A stretch of DNA of 64,000 nt, taken from NCBI GenBank assembly GCA_030704615.1, contig CM060734.1, positions 38,192,001 to 38,256,000 of the forward strand, read 5' to 3'. Under the pieces are notes generated by a model that did not search any database, was not told the DNA's origin, and saw only the letters and a list, made by a program, of their open reading frames with translations. A program made the translations under genes and the position numbers. Positions within the stretch are counted from its first letter, which is position 1. Every line of letters begins with the position of its first letter. The stretch comes from Takakia lepidozioides (lineage: Eukaryota; Plantae; Bryophyta). Below are positions 53,060-64,000 of this stretch, piece by piece.

Positions 53060-56000
53060 ATGAGGTTCATCCATTGAACCATTTTTGAATGACCTCATAC
53101 TTGTTCGGTACTTGTTTGACGGTACAATATACTGGTAAAGTTTCAAAACAACCAAAAATTGCTGAATGAAGATACCATTGGTTCACCCATTTCTATATTT
53201 TAAATCGAACTCATACTTGTCCGGTACCTTTAAGAGGGCATGTACAATGCAATGGCAAAGTTTGAAAGCATTCAGAAATCGGCACATCAAGTAACCATGG
53301 TCCATTGGTTCCTCCTGTGAACCATTTTTTATTGATCTCATACTTGTCCGGTCCATGTAAGAGGCATGTAGAACATACTGGCAAAATTTCAAACCATTCA
53401 AATTTTTTTTGATCAAGGATCCTTTGGTTTATCCTTTTCACCATTAACGATTAATCACAAATAAATGAACAGATGAATAAATCATTTGTCTCCAAATGAT
53501 TTTGGTTCGCTTTGAGACTTGGCCAGTATATTCAATGTACCTTGGAAGAGGCCCCAGAGTAATATGAGATCAATCGAAATTCGTTCAATGGGCCAACGGA
53601 TGGGTGCCCATCCAAATGATTTTCGTTTGCTTTGAGACTTGGCCAGTGTGTTCAATGTACCCTCTGATATGTCCCAGTGTAATATGAGATCAATCGAAAT
53701 TCGTTCGATGGGCCAACGAGGCGTTCAGTTGTCATCTGGTTTTTGTTCATTGTGAAAAAGAAATCTTGCAATGCGTGCACAGCTATTGCACCCATTGAAC
53801 GGATGTTGTTGAAGCCCCTCTTTTGCCCGCATGTGCTTGAATATATGAGCGACACATGTGCGGAGACACAATAGACGAATAAATCATTTGCCTCCCCATC
53901 GACACCAAGCCATTCCATAATGTAATTGAATTTAAATTAATTTTAAGCCAATAAATAGGTTTGCACTGCCTTTCATTGGGGGTTTTTGGCACGTATCGAT
54001 TTTTTTTTTTGGCTCAATTTTATTCTGCGGCTTCCAGCATCCCACCACTACTCTCCCCGCCAAAATTTGGACCAATCAAAAATGCCCCAAAAAAAAATGT
54101 TCTCTTCGCTCATTATTGCAAAACTCTATATGAAGAGTGCATGAAGTTGAACACAAATCAAATTTGGAGTGCAAAACAGGGAAGAAACTGTGGTTTTGGG
54201 TCCAAATGAATTATGTTCGCTCCCAAATTTGGCACGCACGTTGCATGTGGCTACATTACACACCCCATTAAAAAACAGAATGAAAAAAAAAAATCGTGAG
54301 CACGCGAAACACAGTCCAACGAGTCCCAAAGCAATAGCAGATCCAGTGGAATACATTCAATGGGTGAACGATGGTTGCCAACCCAAATCATTTTTGTTTG
54401 CTTCCAAACTTTGCCAATACGTTTGAGACACCTTCTCACAGGTCCCAGACTAATATCAGATCAATCGAAATTCATTTGATGGCTCAACGGATGGTTGGCC
54501 ATCGAGATGATTTTGGTTCGCTTTGAGACTTGGCCAGTATGTTCAATGTGCCATGGAAGAGGCCCTAGAGTAATATAAGATCAACCGAAATTTGTTCAAT
54601 GGGCCGACGGATGGTTGCCCATCCAAATGATTTTCGTTCGCTTTGATACTTGGCCAGTGTGTTCAATGTACCCTCTGATAGGTCCCAATGTAATATGAGA
54701 TCAATCGTTAACGATTAATCATGAATCATCCAACAGGGGAACTGTTGGTTCACCCTGTGAAGCATTTAACATTGACATCATACTTGTCCAGTAACTTTAA
54801 GAGGACATGTACAAGACACTTGCAAAGTTTCAAATGAATCCAAAATCATTTGGCAGGGGAATGATTGGTTCACCCATAGCTAATTTCAGGGGCTGAAATT
54901 GTCATTTATGGGGCTCGAATTGCCAATTTCAGGGGCTGGACTTGCAAGTTGAGGGGTTGAAACTGCCATTCCAGGGGCTTCAATTGCCAATTTCAGGGGC
55001 TACACTAGCAATTGCCATTTCACAGGCTACAGTTGCAATTTGAGGGGCGGGAATTGTCATTTCAGGGGCTAGAAGTGCAATTTGAGGGGTTGGAATTGAC
55101 AATTTCAAGGGCTCAAATTACAATTTGAGGGGCGGCCGGGGTTGGTCATTTTAGGGATTGGCATTACCAATTTTAAGGGCTTAAATTGCATTTTGAATTG
55201 TAATTCAAGGGTTACAATGGGCCATTGGGGGGCTAGAATTACTAAAGCAATGACATCCAAAGCAATATAAAATCATTTGATAGCGGAATGATTGGTTCAC
55301 CCTTTCAACCATTTTTTATTCACGTCATACTTATCCGATACTTGTAGGAGGGCATGTGGCTGACACTTGCAAAGCTTCAAAGCAATATAAAATCATTTGA
55401 TAGTGGAACAATTGGTTCACCCTTTCAACCATATTCTACTGACCTCATACTTGTCCGGTACCTTTAAAATGGCATGTGAAATACATTTGCAAAGCTTTAA
55501 AACACTCCAAAATCATTTGATATGTTCATGATTGATTCACCCTTTCAACCATTTTAGATTGATTTGAAACTTGTGAAAGACCTGTAAGAGGGCATGTACA
55601 AGACACTTGCAAAGTTTCAAATCAATTTAAAATCATTTGGTAGGGGGACGATTGGTTCACCTTTTAAACCATTTTAGATTGATGTCATACTTCTCAAAGA
55701 CGTGTAAGAGGGCATATAGAAGACACTTGCAAATGAGGGAATAAAATATGTTTTGGATGCAGACGATGTCTGTTCATGGTAATATTTTGCATGCAACTCT
55801 TCATGTTGTTATCAAGCATATGGCTTCATAATGGAATTAAAAACAATTCATGTGCAGGCGAAAGGTTGTTTCTCCTTATGAATTTGAATAACCGATTCAA
55901 ACAACTTTGTTGAAGTTCAACTTTGGTCTCTATGTGCTTAAGTATATACAAATCACGTACACAAAGTTGCAAGCGAAGAAATAATCATTTGCCCCCCGAA

Positions 56001-56190
56001 CGACTCGTTAAACCTTTCAACCAGCTTTCAATCATTGAATCATTTAATAGGGGAACTATTGGTTCACCCTTATAACCATTTTAGATTGACCTCATACTTG
56101 TCCGATAACTTAAAGAGGGCATGTACAACACACTCCCAAAGTTTCAAATCAATCTAAAATCATTTGGCAGGGAACGATTGGTTCACCCAT
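53060..56190. repeat. Diverged ~120-bp tandem repeats (two subtypes) with an embedded ~21-bp minisatellite at ~54880-55230
   Basis: Units ATTGGTTCACCCTTTCAACCATTTT..GAGGGCATGT..AATCATTTG and GCTTTGAGACTTGGCCAGT..GATCAATCGAAATT; 21-mer TTGCCAATTTCAGGGGCTGGA-like. Confidence 0.8.
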
Positions 56191-56360
56191 TGACCCGGTG
56201 TACACTGTCACTCTTCAAGATTCGTGGGTGTGGTGCTTGATTATCCCATATGATGGACCCAGGTGCCATGGCCAAGTAACAAACCATTAAAACATTATGG
56301 TACGAGACAAACACAATTGAGAAAATAACATTTATTCAAACATGATGTAGCGTCAGAGGT

Positions 56361-57783
56361 CTACAAGTTTCTATTCATCCTCCAGCAATTTTTGGGCTCA
56401 GGCCAATTGAATAGCCCCGTCATGAAACGCTTCACAACATTTTCTAGTTTGTACCGCAATTCTATTGTGTCTACACATAAGTTTTCCAGAGCGGAAGCAA
56501 AACAGGTTCCAGTAGACATATCGTTGAACAGGCTTGCATCGAACGTGTTACCCTCATTTATTGTCTGGGCTATCTTCCCAATTGCAAAGGTCTCTGATGG
56601 CACGGTTAGAAGGGGCATACGAGGTGTGTCATCTGACTGGTTGTTGGCTACATTATGAACAATTGCAATTTCAGGTGCAATCCACCATCTATGTGCGAGA
56701 GTCTTTATCATCTTGTCTCTGCTCTCGATAATGTACAACGTGGTTTTTGGGTCATCCGTCGTGGAGGCCATCCCCCAATCGCATACCCCGATGTACATAT
56801 CTTCAGACCCTTATGGAAAATGTAACAAGATGTTGTCGGGGGACATGTCGTTGTACAAGAGGTGGTGATTATGGACATTGAGCATGATGTGCAAAAGCGC
56901 CCATGCCAATTGGGTGCGATTATGTCGGAATCGAACCAGTCGGTTGACCTCCTGCATTTCCTGCTCCGTCCCCCGTCGTTCCATTAACTCCCTGGTATCC
57001 CGATCATTCCCCCATTTCCTGTCAATACTCAACCATGATCGTATGGTCCCCCCATTCCACCAATGTGTGTAACCTTCATTTCGACGTGGATGCAACGCAA
57101 AATACTTTATGATGCCGAAATGATGGAACTTTGCAGCCAACGCCTCATTGTTATGTTGGACTTTGGCAATCTCAGCATTTCTTTCCCTGGGCGTTTTCTC
57201 TGCTAGCTCCCAAGATGGAGGAATGAATTGATCCCCACACGTTCAATGCCGCATCCGCGGACGATGACCCTGCCTTCCATGGGAGTGATTTTGTACGTCG
57301 TTTGGCATGGGCCTTTGCCATGTCAGACCACCAATCCACAAGCACAAACAACTCCTCCTCCGAAGTTGGCATGCGACCTTCAGCTACAGGTGTTCTTGTA
57401 ACAAACTTGTCCATGGTTTGCCTCAGATTCCATGTGGCATCATGGGCCCGGTCCTCCATCCATTTCGTGAACTGGAACTTCGCCCTATCCTCCTCCCATT
57501 CATCCCAGGCCAAAGCCTCCCTCATTCTCATCTCCATATTGTGCTGGAATCTAAGGAACCCCTCATTCCCATGTCGGACATACAAAATATTCAAAGGCAT
57601 TATGTCATTGTCCTTCAAATAATCCAGTACTACTTGCTTCACCACCTTCGTGGCCTCTGCGCTTGGATAGTCTTTTTTGTTGACCTGACTATCCCGTTCA
57701 TGTGCATGTTTACGCTTCCTACCTTTACGCCCACTTCCCGAGGAACCCCCTGACACTGCGTTCGAAGCAACGTTTTCGGACAT
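56361..57783 (-). pseudogene. Transposon-borne protein kinase-like ORF
   Basis: N-terminal GRKGRKRKH; NEALAAKFHHFGIIK (III/IV), YNDMSPDNILL (VIb), VCDWGMA (VII), WIAPE (VIII), SETFAIG (IX); one in-frame stop at 56811 and a frameshift near 57200. Confidence 0.75.
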
Positions 57784-58104
57784 GATGAAAGTACTATGCG
57801 GAATAGACGCGGCTTCGTAACGGAAAACTAAACCCAGACTATTGATAACCTTATATACTAGCAGACCAATTTCCCCACCCTCTATTGGTATAGTACCCAA
57901 AGCAAACTCTCCCGCAGTTCCAAGAAAAAAAGACAAAAACTCCTCCCCTCCACAAATCCACTTTCTCCCCCCCCCCCCCCACGCTCAGTCCTGGCCACCG
58001 AAGTTCAAACTCCAAGAAGCCCCAGAACCGCATTCACAGAGAGGGAAAAAAGTGGGTTGGGAATGAGGGGTAGGCCCTTATATACTGCTTGGAGAGGCCT
58101 GACA

Positions 58105-58522
58105 TGCGACCGCCTCTGCTACCCATTCACGCCTCGCAACGTGTCCAGGGAGCGGTCGCACCTAATAACAAAAAATAAATAAAAATCTGCGACCACCACC
58201 GGCTGGTGGTCGCACCCATTTAAAAAATAATTAAAAATGTGCGACCATCCCCTGCTGGTGGTCGCACCTATTTAAAAAAAATGAAAAAGTTGAGACCACC
58301 ACCTGCTGGTGGTCGCATCCAATTTTTAAAAAAGAAAAAATGTGCGACCACCCTCTACTTGTGGTCGCACCTATTAAAAAAAATGAAAATGCTGTGACCA
58401 CCACCTACTGGTGGTCGCATCCATTTAAAAAATAAGAAAAAATGTGCGACCACCCATTTCTGGTGGTCGCACCTATTTTAAAAAAATAAAAATGTGTCCG
58501 ACCAACCTTTGCTGACGGTCGC
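58105..58522. repeat. Third GCGACC..GGTCGC palindrome array (right subterminal)
   Basis: Mirror image of 44824-45478; minus-strand TATATAAGG at 58084-58076. Confidence 0.9.
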
Positions 58523-58742
58523 ATGATTGACAATATAAATCATAATATATGAATTTTACAGATAAATGAAAGAAGTCCACGTAATGAGGCCACATCGGTT
58601 GCCACGTCGGTTTTCATAGTAAATAGTCAATAATAAAGTAAGAAAATAAACATATTTATGTACAGTAACGTCGGTTTAGGACGTGACGTGACGCACATCC
58701 GTCGCTGACGTCGGACGTGACGCTGTCGCGTCAACGCCACGT

Positions 58743-58850
58743 CACGTCCAAATTTGCAACTAAGGCCGTTGTTTTCATCCTCGGCATTTCCTACCTTGTG
58801 CACCATACGCAAGTGATTCGGCCCCACGCTACTCGGCACTAGCTTGTTCC
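58743..58850 (-). pseudogene. Probable N-terminal piece of the Replitron HUH ORF
   Basis: ..GNAEDENNGLSCKFGR joins in frame to VQPWQRLGRG.. at 44605 via the shared CACGTC. Confidence 0.55.
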
Positions 58851-59044
58851 TTATGCATGAGCGTAGCTACGGTGTGAGCCTAGCCGCGTGAGCCTAGAAG
58901 CTCGGCTCACGCTTTGCCCTCTAAGCGTGAGCCCAGGGTTTAGTGGAGGGAGAAGCAGGGCCCATACCCGAGTCATCTGTTTAGAGAGGGTCCTATTATC
59001 GTGGAAGCAGTTATAGCGCTTAAAAAAGAGGTATAGAAAAAATA

Positions 59045-59785
59045 GAATGGTCATTGTGAAGCTTACGGAGGTTTTGTTATTGAAGAAGAGGTGAAAAAAA
59101 AAAAGCTAGGTGAGTCATCATGAATCTTATTTAGGGTTTCTTGCATGAACAAGAGGTAAGAAAAGTTTGGATGTTCATTGTGAATCATTGTGAAGCTAAC
59201 TGACGTTTCCAATATTCCATCCATGGTGGATGGATGATGGATGGATGAAATATTGAACGAGAGGTTAAAAATAATGCGGATGGTCAAGAAGAGACCAAAA
59301 AAATGACCTCTCATTGTGAAATAGGCAAAGGTTTTTGTTAATGAAGATGAGGTGAAAATTAAACAGATGGTCATCTTCAAGCTTATTTAGGCTTTGTTTG
59401 TGAAGAAGAGGTGAAACAAAATGAGCGGTTTATTGTGAAACTTGTTCAGGTTTTTGTTATTGAAGAAGAGGTGAAAAAAAAACACATGGTCATTGTGAAT
59501 GCTTATTTAGGGTTTGTTTGTGAAGAAGAGGTGAAAAAAATTGAGCTCTCTCACTGTCAAACTTGTTCAGGTTTCTGTTATTGAAGAAGAGGTGAAAATA
59601 AAATCAGATGGTCCTCATGAATGCTTATTTAGGGTTTGTTTGTGAAGAAGAGGTGAAAAAAAATTGAGCTCTCTCATTGTCAAACTTGTTCAGTTTTATG
59701 TTATTAAAGAAGAGGTGAAAAAAAAATCAGATGGTCATCCTGAATGCTGATTTAGGGTTTGGTTGTGAAGAGGAGGTGGAAAACA
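59045..59785. repeat. ~61-bp tandem repeat (dimeric ~122 bp)
   Basis: TGAAGAAGAGGTGAAAAAAA recurring with alternating CTTATTTAGGG / CTTGTTCAGG spacers. Confidence 0.85.
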
Positions 59786-60659
59786 AAATGGAGCACCTTA
59801 CAAGTTACATTGGTATGTGGAAGGGTGTGAGCTCGCGACTATGCTACTTGAGACTTAGGACCTAGTTCCTGAAATTTAGAGATGGCCTTGGAAATATGCC
59901 TATTTTGGCATTCTGGAAGTAAATTGTCTTTCATTGGTGTAGCTCTGCCGGTGGAGGTAAATGGTTATTTGCAAGTCTTCCTTGAAGGTGGCCTCAATCA
60001 ATAGCGTATGGGGGTGAGATCTTTTGTTATCCATTCTGTCTTTGCCATCTACATCACTTCAAGGTTGATCAATCTTATGAGTGCAAGGCTCCCACCCTCC
60101 ATGATCAGACAAGTCCCACAAGTGTTCAGGCACCTTTACATTCTGCAACAATAGGAAGGTCAAGGAGTGAAACACTACTTGTAGAGAGAAATCAATCTGG
60201 TGCATAAAAGCCTGAGAGGAATGAATGATAAGAAAAGCTAACCATGGATCTAAACACAGTGAAAGTTCTAGAGAGATACCCACCGGTTGGACATCACTGT
60301 CGCTTTTACATGTGCAAAAAGTTGCAAATAACGAGATCAAGATGTGGGGTGGCACCATTAGCAAAGATGGACACTTTCAGGCATTTCACGCATTGGTGCA
60401 AAGTTCAAAAAGTCTCATCTCACAATATCATTTGAAGGAACTGGTGTAGCTTGCAGTTTCTGGCAGCAATCAGAGGTTATTTATGCTTACACACCTACAT
60501 ATTTGAGTGACAATTAGAGCCCAATTTGAGAACCAAGGATGTCTCATCCAAACAGAGACACTTGCAGCAGGCCACGTCTTGGCACAAGAATCCATAAGAG
60601 CAGCATGCCTAGCTTTTGGAGACTCCCATTCCTGAAAATCAACCACAAGGCCTCAACCT

Positions 60660-62861
60660 AGGGAAAACAAGGGAAAACGGGGTGAAATGTGTTGAAGAAG
60701 GTTGCCTTCATTAGCAATGCCTAATTTTATCAATTGTGCCCCTGCTATTGCGGCTTCTAGTTCACCATCTACCCATGCAGGTTTCTTGTAGCAATGGATC
60801 CACAGGGAATCATAGGTAATCTTGTGCTTGAAATCCGGCCGCCCTCTTCCAGCAAATACCCCAACCCTAATGATGAGAAAACAGACTGAAATAGGTTGAA
60901 GAAAATGGTGCCCTCGCTAATTTAGGGCCGATTCTGATAAGAGGGAAAAACAAGGTGAAATGTGTTGAAAAAGGTGCCTTGAGTAGCAGTGCCCGATTTT
61001 ATCAATTGTGCCGTTGCTGCTGCGACTTCCAGTTGACCATCTACCCATGCAGGTTTCTTGTAGCTATCTTTCCATAGGGAGTCATAGGTAATCTGGAGCT
61101 TGAAATTCGGCCCTCTTGGATGAATCTGGACCCACACTCTATCCCTGCTCCTTCAGCTATCCATGCCTCTGCACAAATCATGCATACAATTTCTTTGCCT
61201 TGCTGCTAGCAGCTAACAACGACAGCCTAGAATTGTTCCAGCAAACAACCTAACCCTAGTTATCACACTAGTCCATATGCTGACTTGCATCTACTTCCAG
61301 CAGACATTCACCACGGTGTAGCTGAGCGGGCAGAGATTGAAACACGGCCTGCTAAGACCAAGCTGACTCTCCCAAGAACCTTGTAAACATTAGAAAGAAT
61401 ACCAAATCATGGTACTAACAGGAGCCAAGAGCCCACATTTGCAGGATGGACAAACTTCTTCACATCGTACATTGAGAAAAAGTCAAACCTTGCGATTGCG
61501 GTTCTCCCACCATCGTGAAGGATCTTTAAAAAACTCATGCCAGCTCTCCAAGGTAGAGGTTTGTGATCAAAAATCCGACAACATCAACATGTTGACATGG
61601 TCCTTTACTGAGGGGTGTTAGTGAGTTTTCAACAACATTCATGCAAGTTGTTTTGGGCTCCATTGGGCTCTACACGATGAGGAACAGCGAACAGCGAACT
61701 CCAAACTCTGCTCAAAAAATAACGTAATGTCCTATCAAAAACTCATGCCAGCTCTGCTCTGCCGAGCAATCCAAGGCCGAGTTTGATGAGAGGGAAAAAC
61801 AGGCTGAAACGGGTCAAAGAAGAATTGGCTCGCACACGCATTGCATCTACAAACAAACGTGACCAAGTCTGCCTTTACCCCTTCCCACATCATTTGCTCA
61901 TAGGTCTCCAATGCCTCCATCCCGCATCCCTACTGTGCATATCCCGCGATCATCGCACTCTAGGACACGACATTTCGTTCGGCCATATTCTCAAACACTC
62001 CTTTTGTATCCTCAATACTGCCACATTGTCCACGAGGGTATTGTTCAGAATGACATCGGCTACAATTCCAAATTTGACAATGGCACCATGGACCTTTTAC
62101 CCTTTCTTAGGGCTGCCAGGCTCGCACACGCATTGCAAACACAAACGAATGTGACCCGGTCCACCTTCACCCCTTCCCGCATTATTTGCTCATACGTCTC
62201 CGAAGCCTCTATACCACCTCCACGCTGTGCATATCCTCATTGTGCCTATCCTCGCCCCTTCCTGCATCATTTGCTCAAGAATAGGTCTGCAAAGCCTCCA
62301 TCCCACGCCCCTGCACATCCTCCGATCATCGCGTTCCATGCTCTAGGCTCGTGGATACTAAGAAAACATATGGTGGGGCGGGAGACAGAAGACCAAAAGG
62401 AGGCCAAGTCCCAGCCCTCTGTTCACGGCTACCCTAATGGGCAACCCTATAAGCAACTTTTTGAATTTTTTTAACTTTTTACACTTTGATCATTGATGAA
62501 TGAACTTACCCAATGGATGAATACATTCGGGTATGTGCCTTCAAAATGACACGTGTAGTGATGCAGTCGGATAATTAGAGCTGTGAAACCATATTTAGTC
62601 ATGAAGTCATACTATTCTAGGAAAATTCATCCACGTGTAGTCCTCCATATGATGCGAGTCATATAAACCATCCATGTCATCGTGGTCAACAATGTTTGAC
62701 CAATGCTCCCTACCTTTCCGGAGTCATGGAGTGATATCCATTACTACAGAGTGATAAAACTATGATTACAATGCAATTCGGCATTCTGTAGTGGTGTACC
62801 TAGTGCCGTTTTTATGACTCCAAAAAAGTCGTAGTCCTAAAAACGCTCATCTCTTGTAATG
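60660..62861. mobile_element. Right part of a second Pack-CACTA-like element with the same PPR-derived cargo (PPR fragments 61800-62350, minus strand); left end not found
   Basis: Blocks similar to 15345-15660, 17445-17660 and 17955-18030; MEALETYEQMMWEGVKADLVTFV; GAGTCAT subterminal motifs; candidate ends CTGTAGTG (62793) and TTGTAATG (62861). Confidence 0.6.
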
Positions 62862-64000
62862 TTGCCTGTCGATGTCGCAGAGTTGTATTGGTACTCACCA
62901 TCGTATCTTGACCACATGACTTCTCCTAATGACGAGGCCTTCGCCAAGTCTCACTATACTGAAGAACCTTGCCCTTTCAGTGCCGCGGCTGAAGATGACG
63001 GTTTTGATGTGGTGGAGGAGCATGTTCTGGCAACAAGGTTTAAGCTCGAGATTGGCTGTGTTTTTGTTGAGAAAGAGATTTATGACTTGGAGGGAAACGT
63101 ACAAAGAACGTTGTTCTAGAAACCGATTATTGCACAAAAACACAAGGAATGGAGAGTTCTTCCTGGAAAATATCGTGTATTCCGAAGTGAAAGAAGACAA
63201 TCCGGTGGCTCCATTGTGACGCCTGGGACAGCTGCCACTGTCGTTCAAGGCAAGCGGCATGTGACTGTAAAGCAAGAGGACACCACTTCAACAACTTTTG
63301 TCAAAATGTTGGATTCCTCGGATGATGAATTCGCGGAAATACCGGCTCCCAAGTTCCTCATAGTGTCAACTCTCTTTGTGTTGCCATCCTAAGCAGCCCA
63401 TCACAGTGTTGAAGGAGTCTGAATGGATACCTTGCTTGTAGACATAGTGTAATCAACTCCTTCATCAGCTTTAGGTTAAGACCTCTAGGGTGAACCCTAA
63501 TAAGTCACCCTCATGAGTCATCCTAGTGAGTTATGCCGTTATCCAATTCCCTGTTCCATTCTAGACAAAAAAATCTGAATGGAATAACGGGATCAGACAA
63601 TTCTTGAATGTTGTCTATAAAGATCTTAGCAACATTTAAGGAAAGAAAGAGAGAAAATAAATTCCTCAAGCCTCTCATTTTCAGGTTTCCTAATGCTGAT
63701 ACAAGGCATTGGCTACAGTAGACCAGCCAAAGAGAGCAATGTACATTGACCGGATCATGTAGAAGGTGTACACATATACTCTATTATGCTGTTGCTACAG
63801 GGCCTAGCTCAAGATATCATGTATTGGTTTGCCATCAAATGTCCCTATATGTCCAAGGCTAGATATGAAGGGATCAGGCAATTCTTGAGTGTTGTTACAA
63901 AAAACATATCCACATTCAAGTATAAAGAGAGAGAGTGAAGAGAGATAGTTCTTTCTCTCCTGATACCTTTTCAAAAAGGGCAAAGAAGTCCATAGTGACG

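Larger units (their letters stand above)
44611..58742. mobile_element. ~14.1 kb multi-gene DNA transposon (hAT transposase + RING ORF + kinase ORF) inserted in the HUH gene
   Basis: Direct repeat CACGTC at 44605-44610 and 58743-58748; imperfect inverted ACGT-rich termini (44631-44661 vs 58714-58743); mirror-image subterminal arrays; removal rejoins the HUH frame. Confidence 0.7.

Noticed and set aside
59800-60660. Possible LRR/NLR remnant
   Set aside because: Only a vague Leu-rich pattern with many stops.
62859-63390. Protein-like plus-strand frame after the CACTA-like end
   Set aside because: It has an internal stop and no recognisable motif, so it cannot be supported.

Overview
Eukaryotic, intron-containing, transposon-dense DNA, most likely from a non-seed land plant (inferred from PLS-class PPR fragments, a Replitron-type HUH gene and a SURNod19 gene). 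The left ~11.6 kb holds two host genes on the minus strand: a SURNod19-like gene that runs off the window, and a 10-exon amidohydrolase (MTA/SAH-deaminase-like) whose last exon is tandemly duplicated. A tRNA-related repeat cluster and a deleted pogo/Tc1-mariner-like element lie between them. The rest is a nested TE cluster. (i) An APE-RT LINE is split by a Pack-CACTA carrying PPR fragments and is partly inverted; it has a 2A/StopGo-like motif upstream of APE. (ii) A decayed Ty3/Gypsy element has a C5-cytosine DNA methyltransferase between protease and RT and a PHD finger after integrase. (iii) Two Copia elements are present; one contains a solo LTR, an L1 fragment and a probably self-priming chromovirus. 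(iv) A Replitron-like HUH gene is interrupted by a ~14.1 kb element carrying a hAT transposase, a RING-H2 ORF and a protein-kinase ORF, each preceded by an array of GCGACC..GGTCGC palindromes and a TATA box. (v) A second CACTA-related copy carries the same PPR cargo. The best novelty candidates are the DNMT+PHD Gypsy and the giant hAT/kinase/RING element. All calls come from reading the sequence; no database searches were run.
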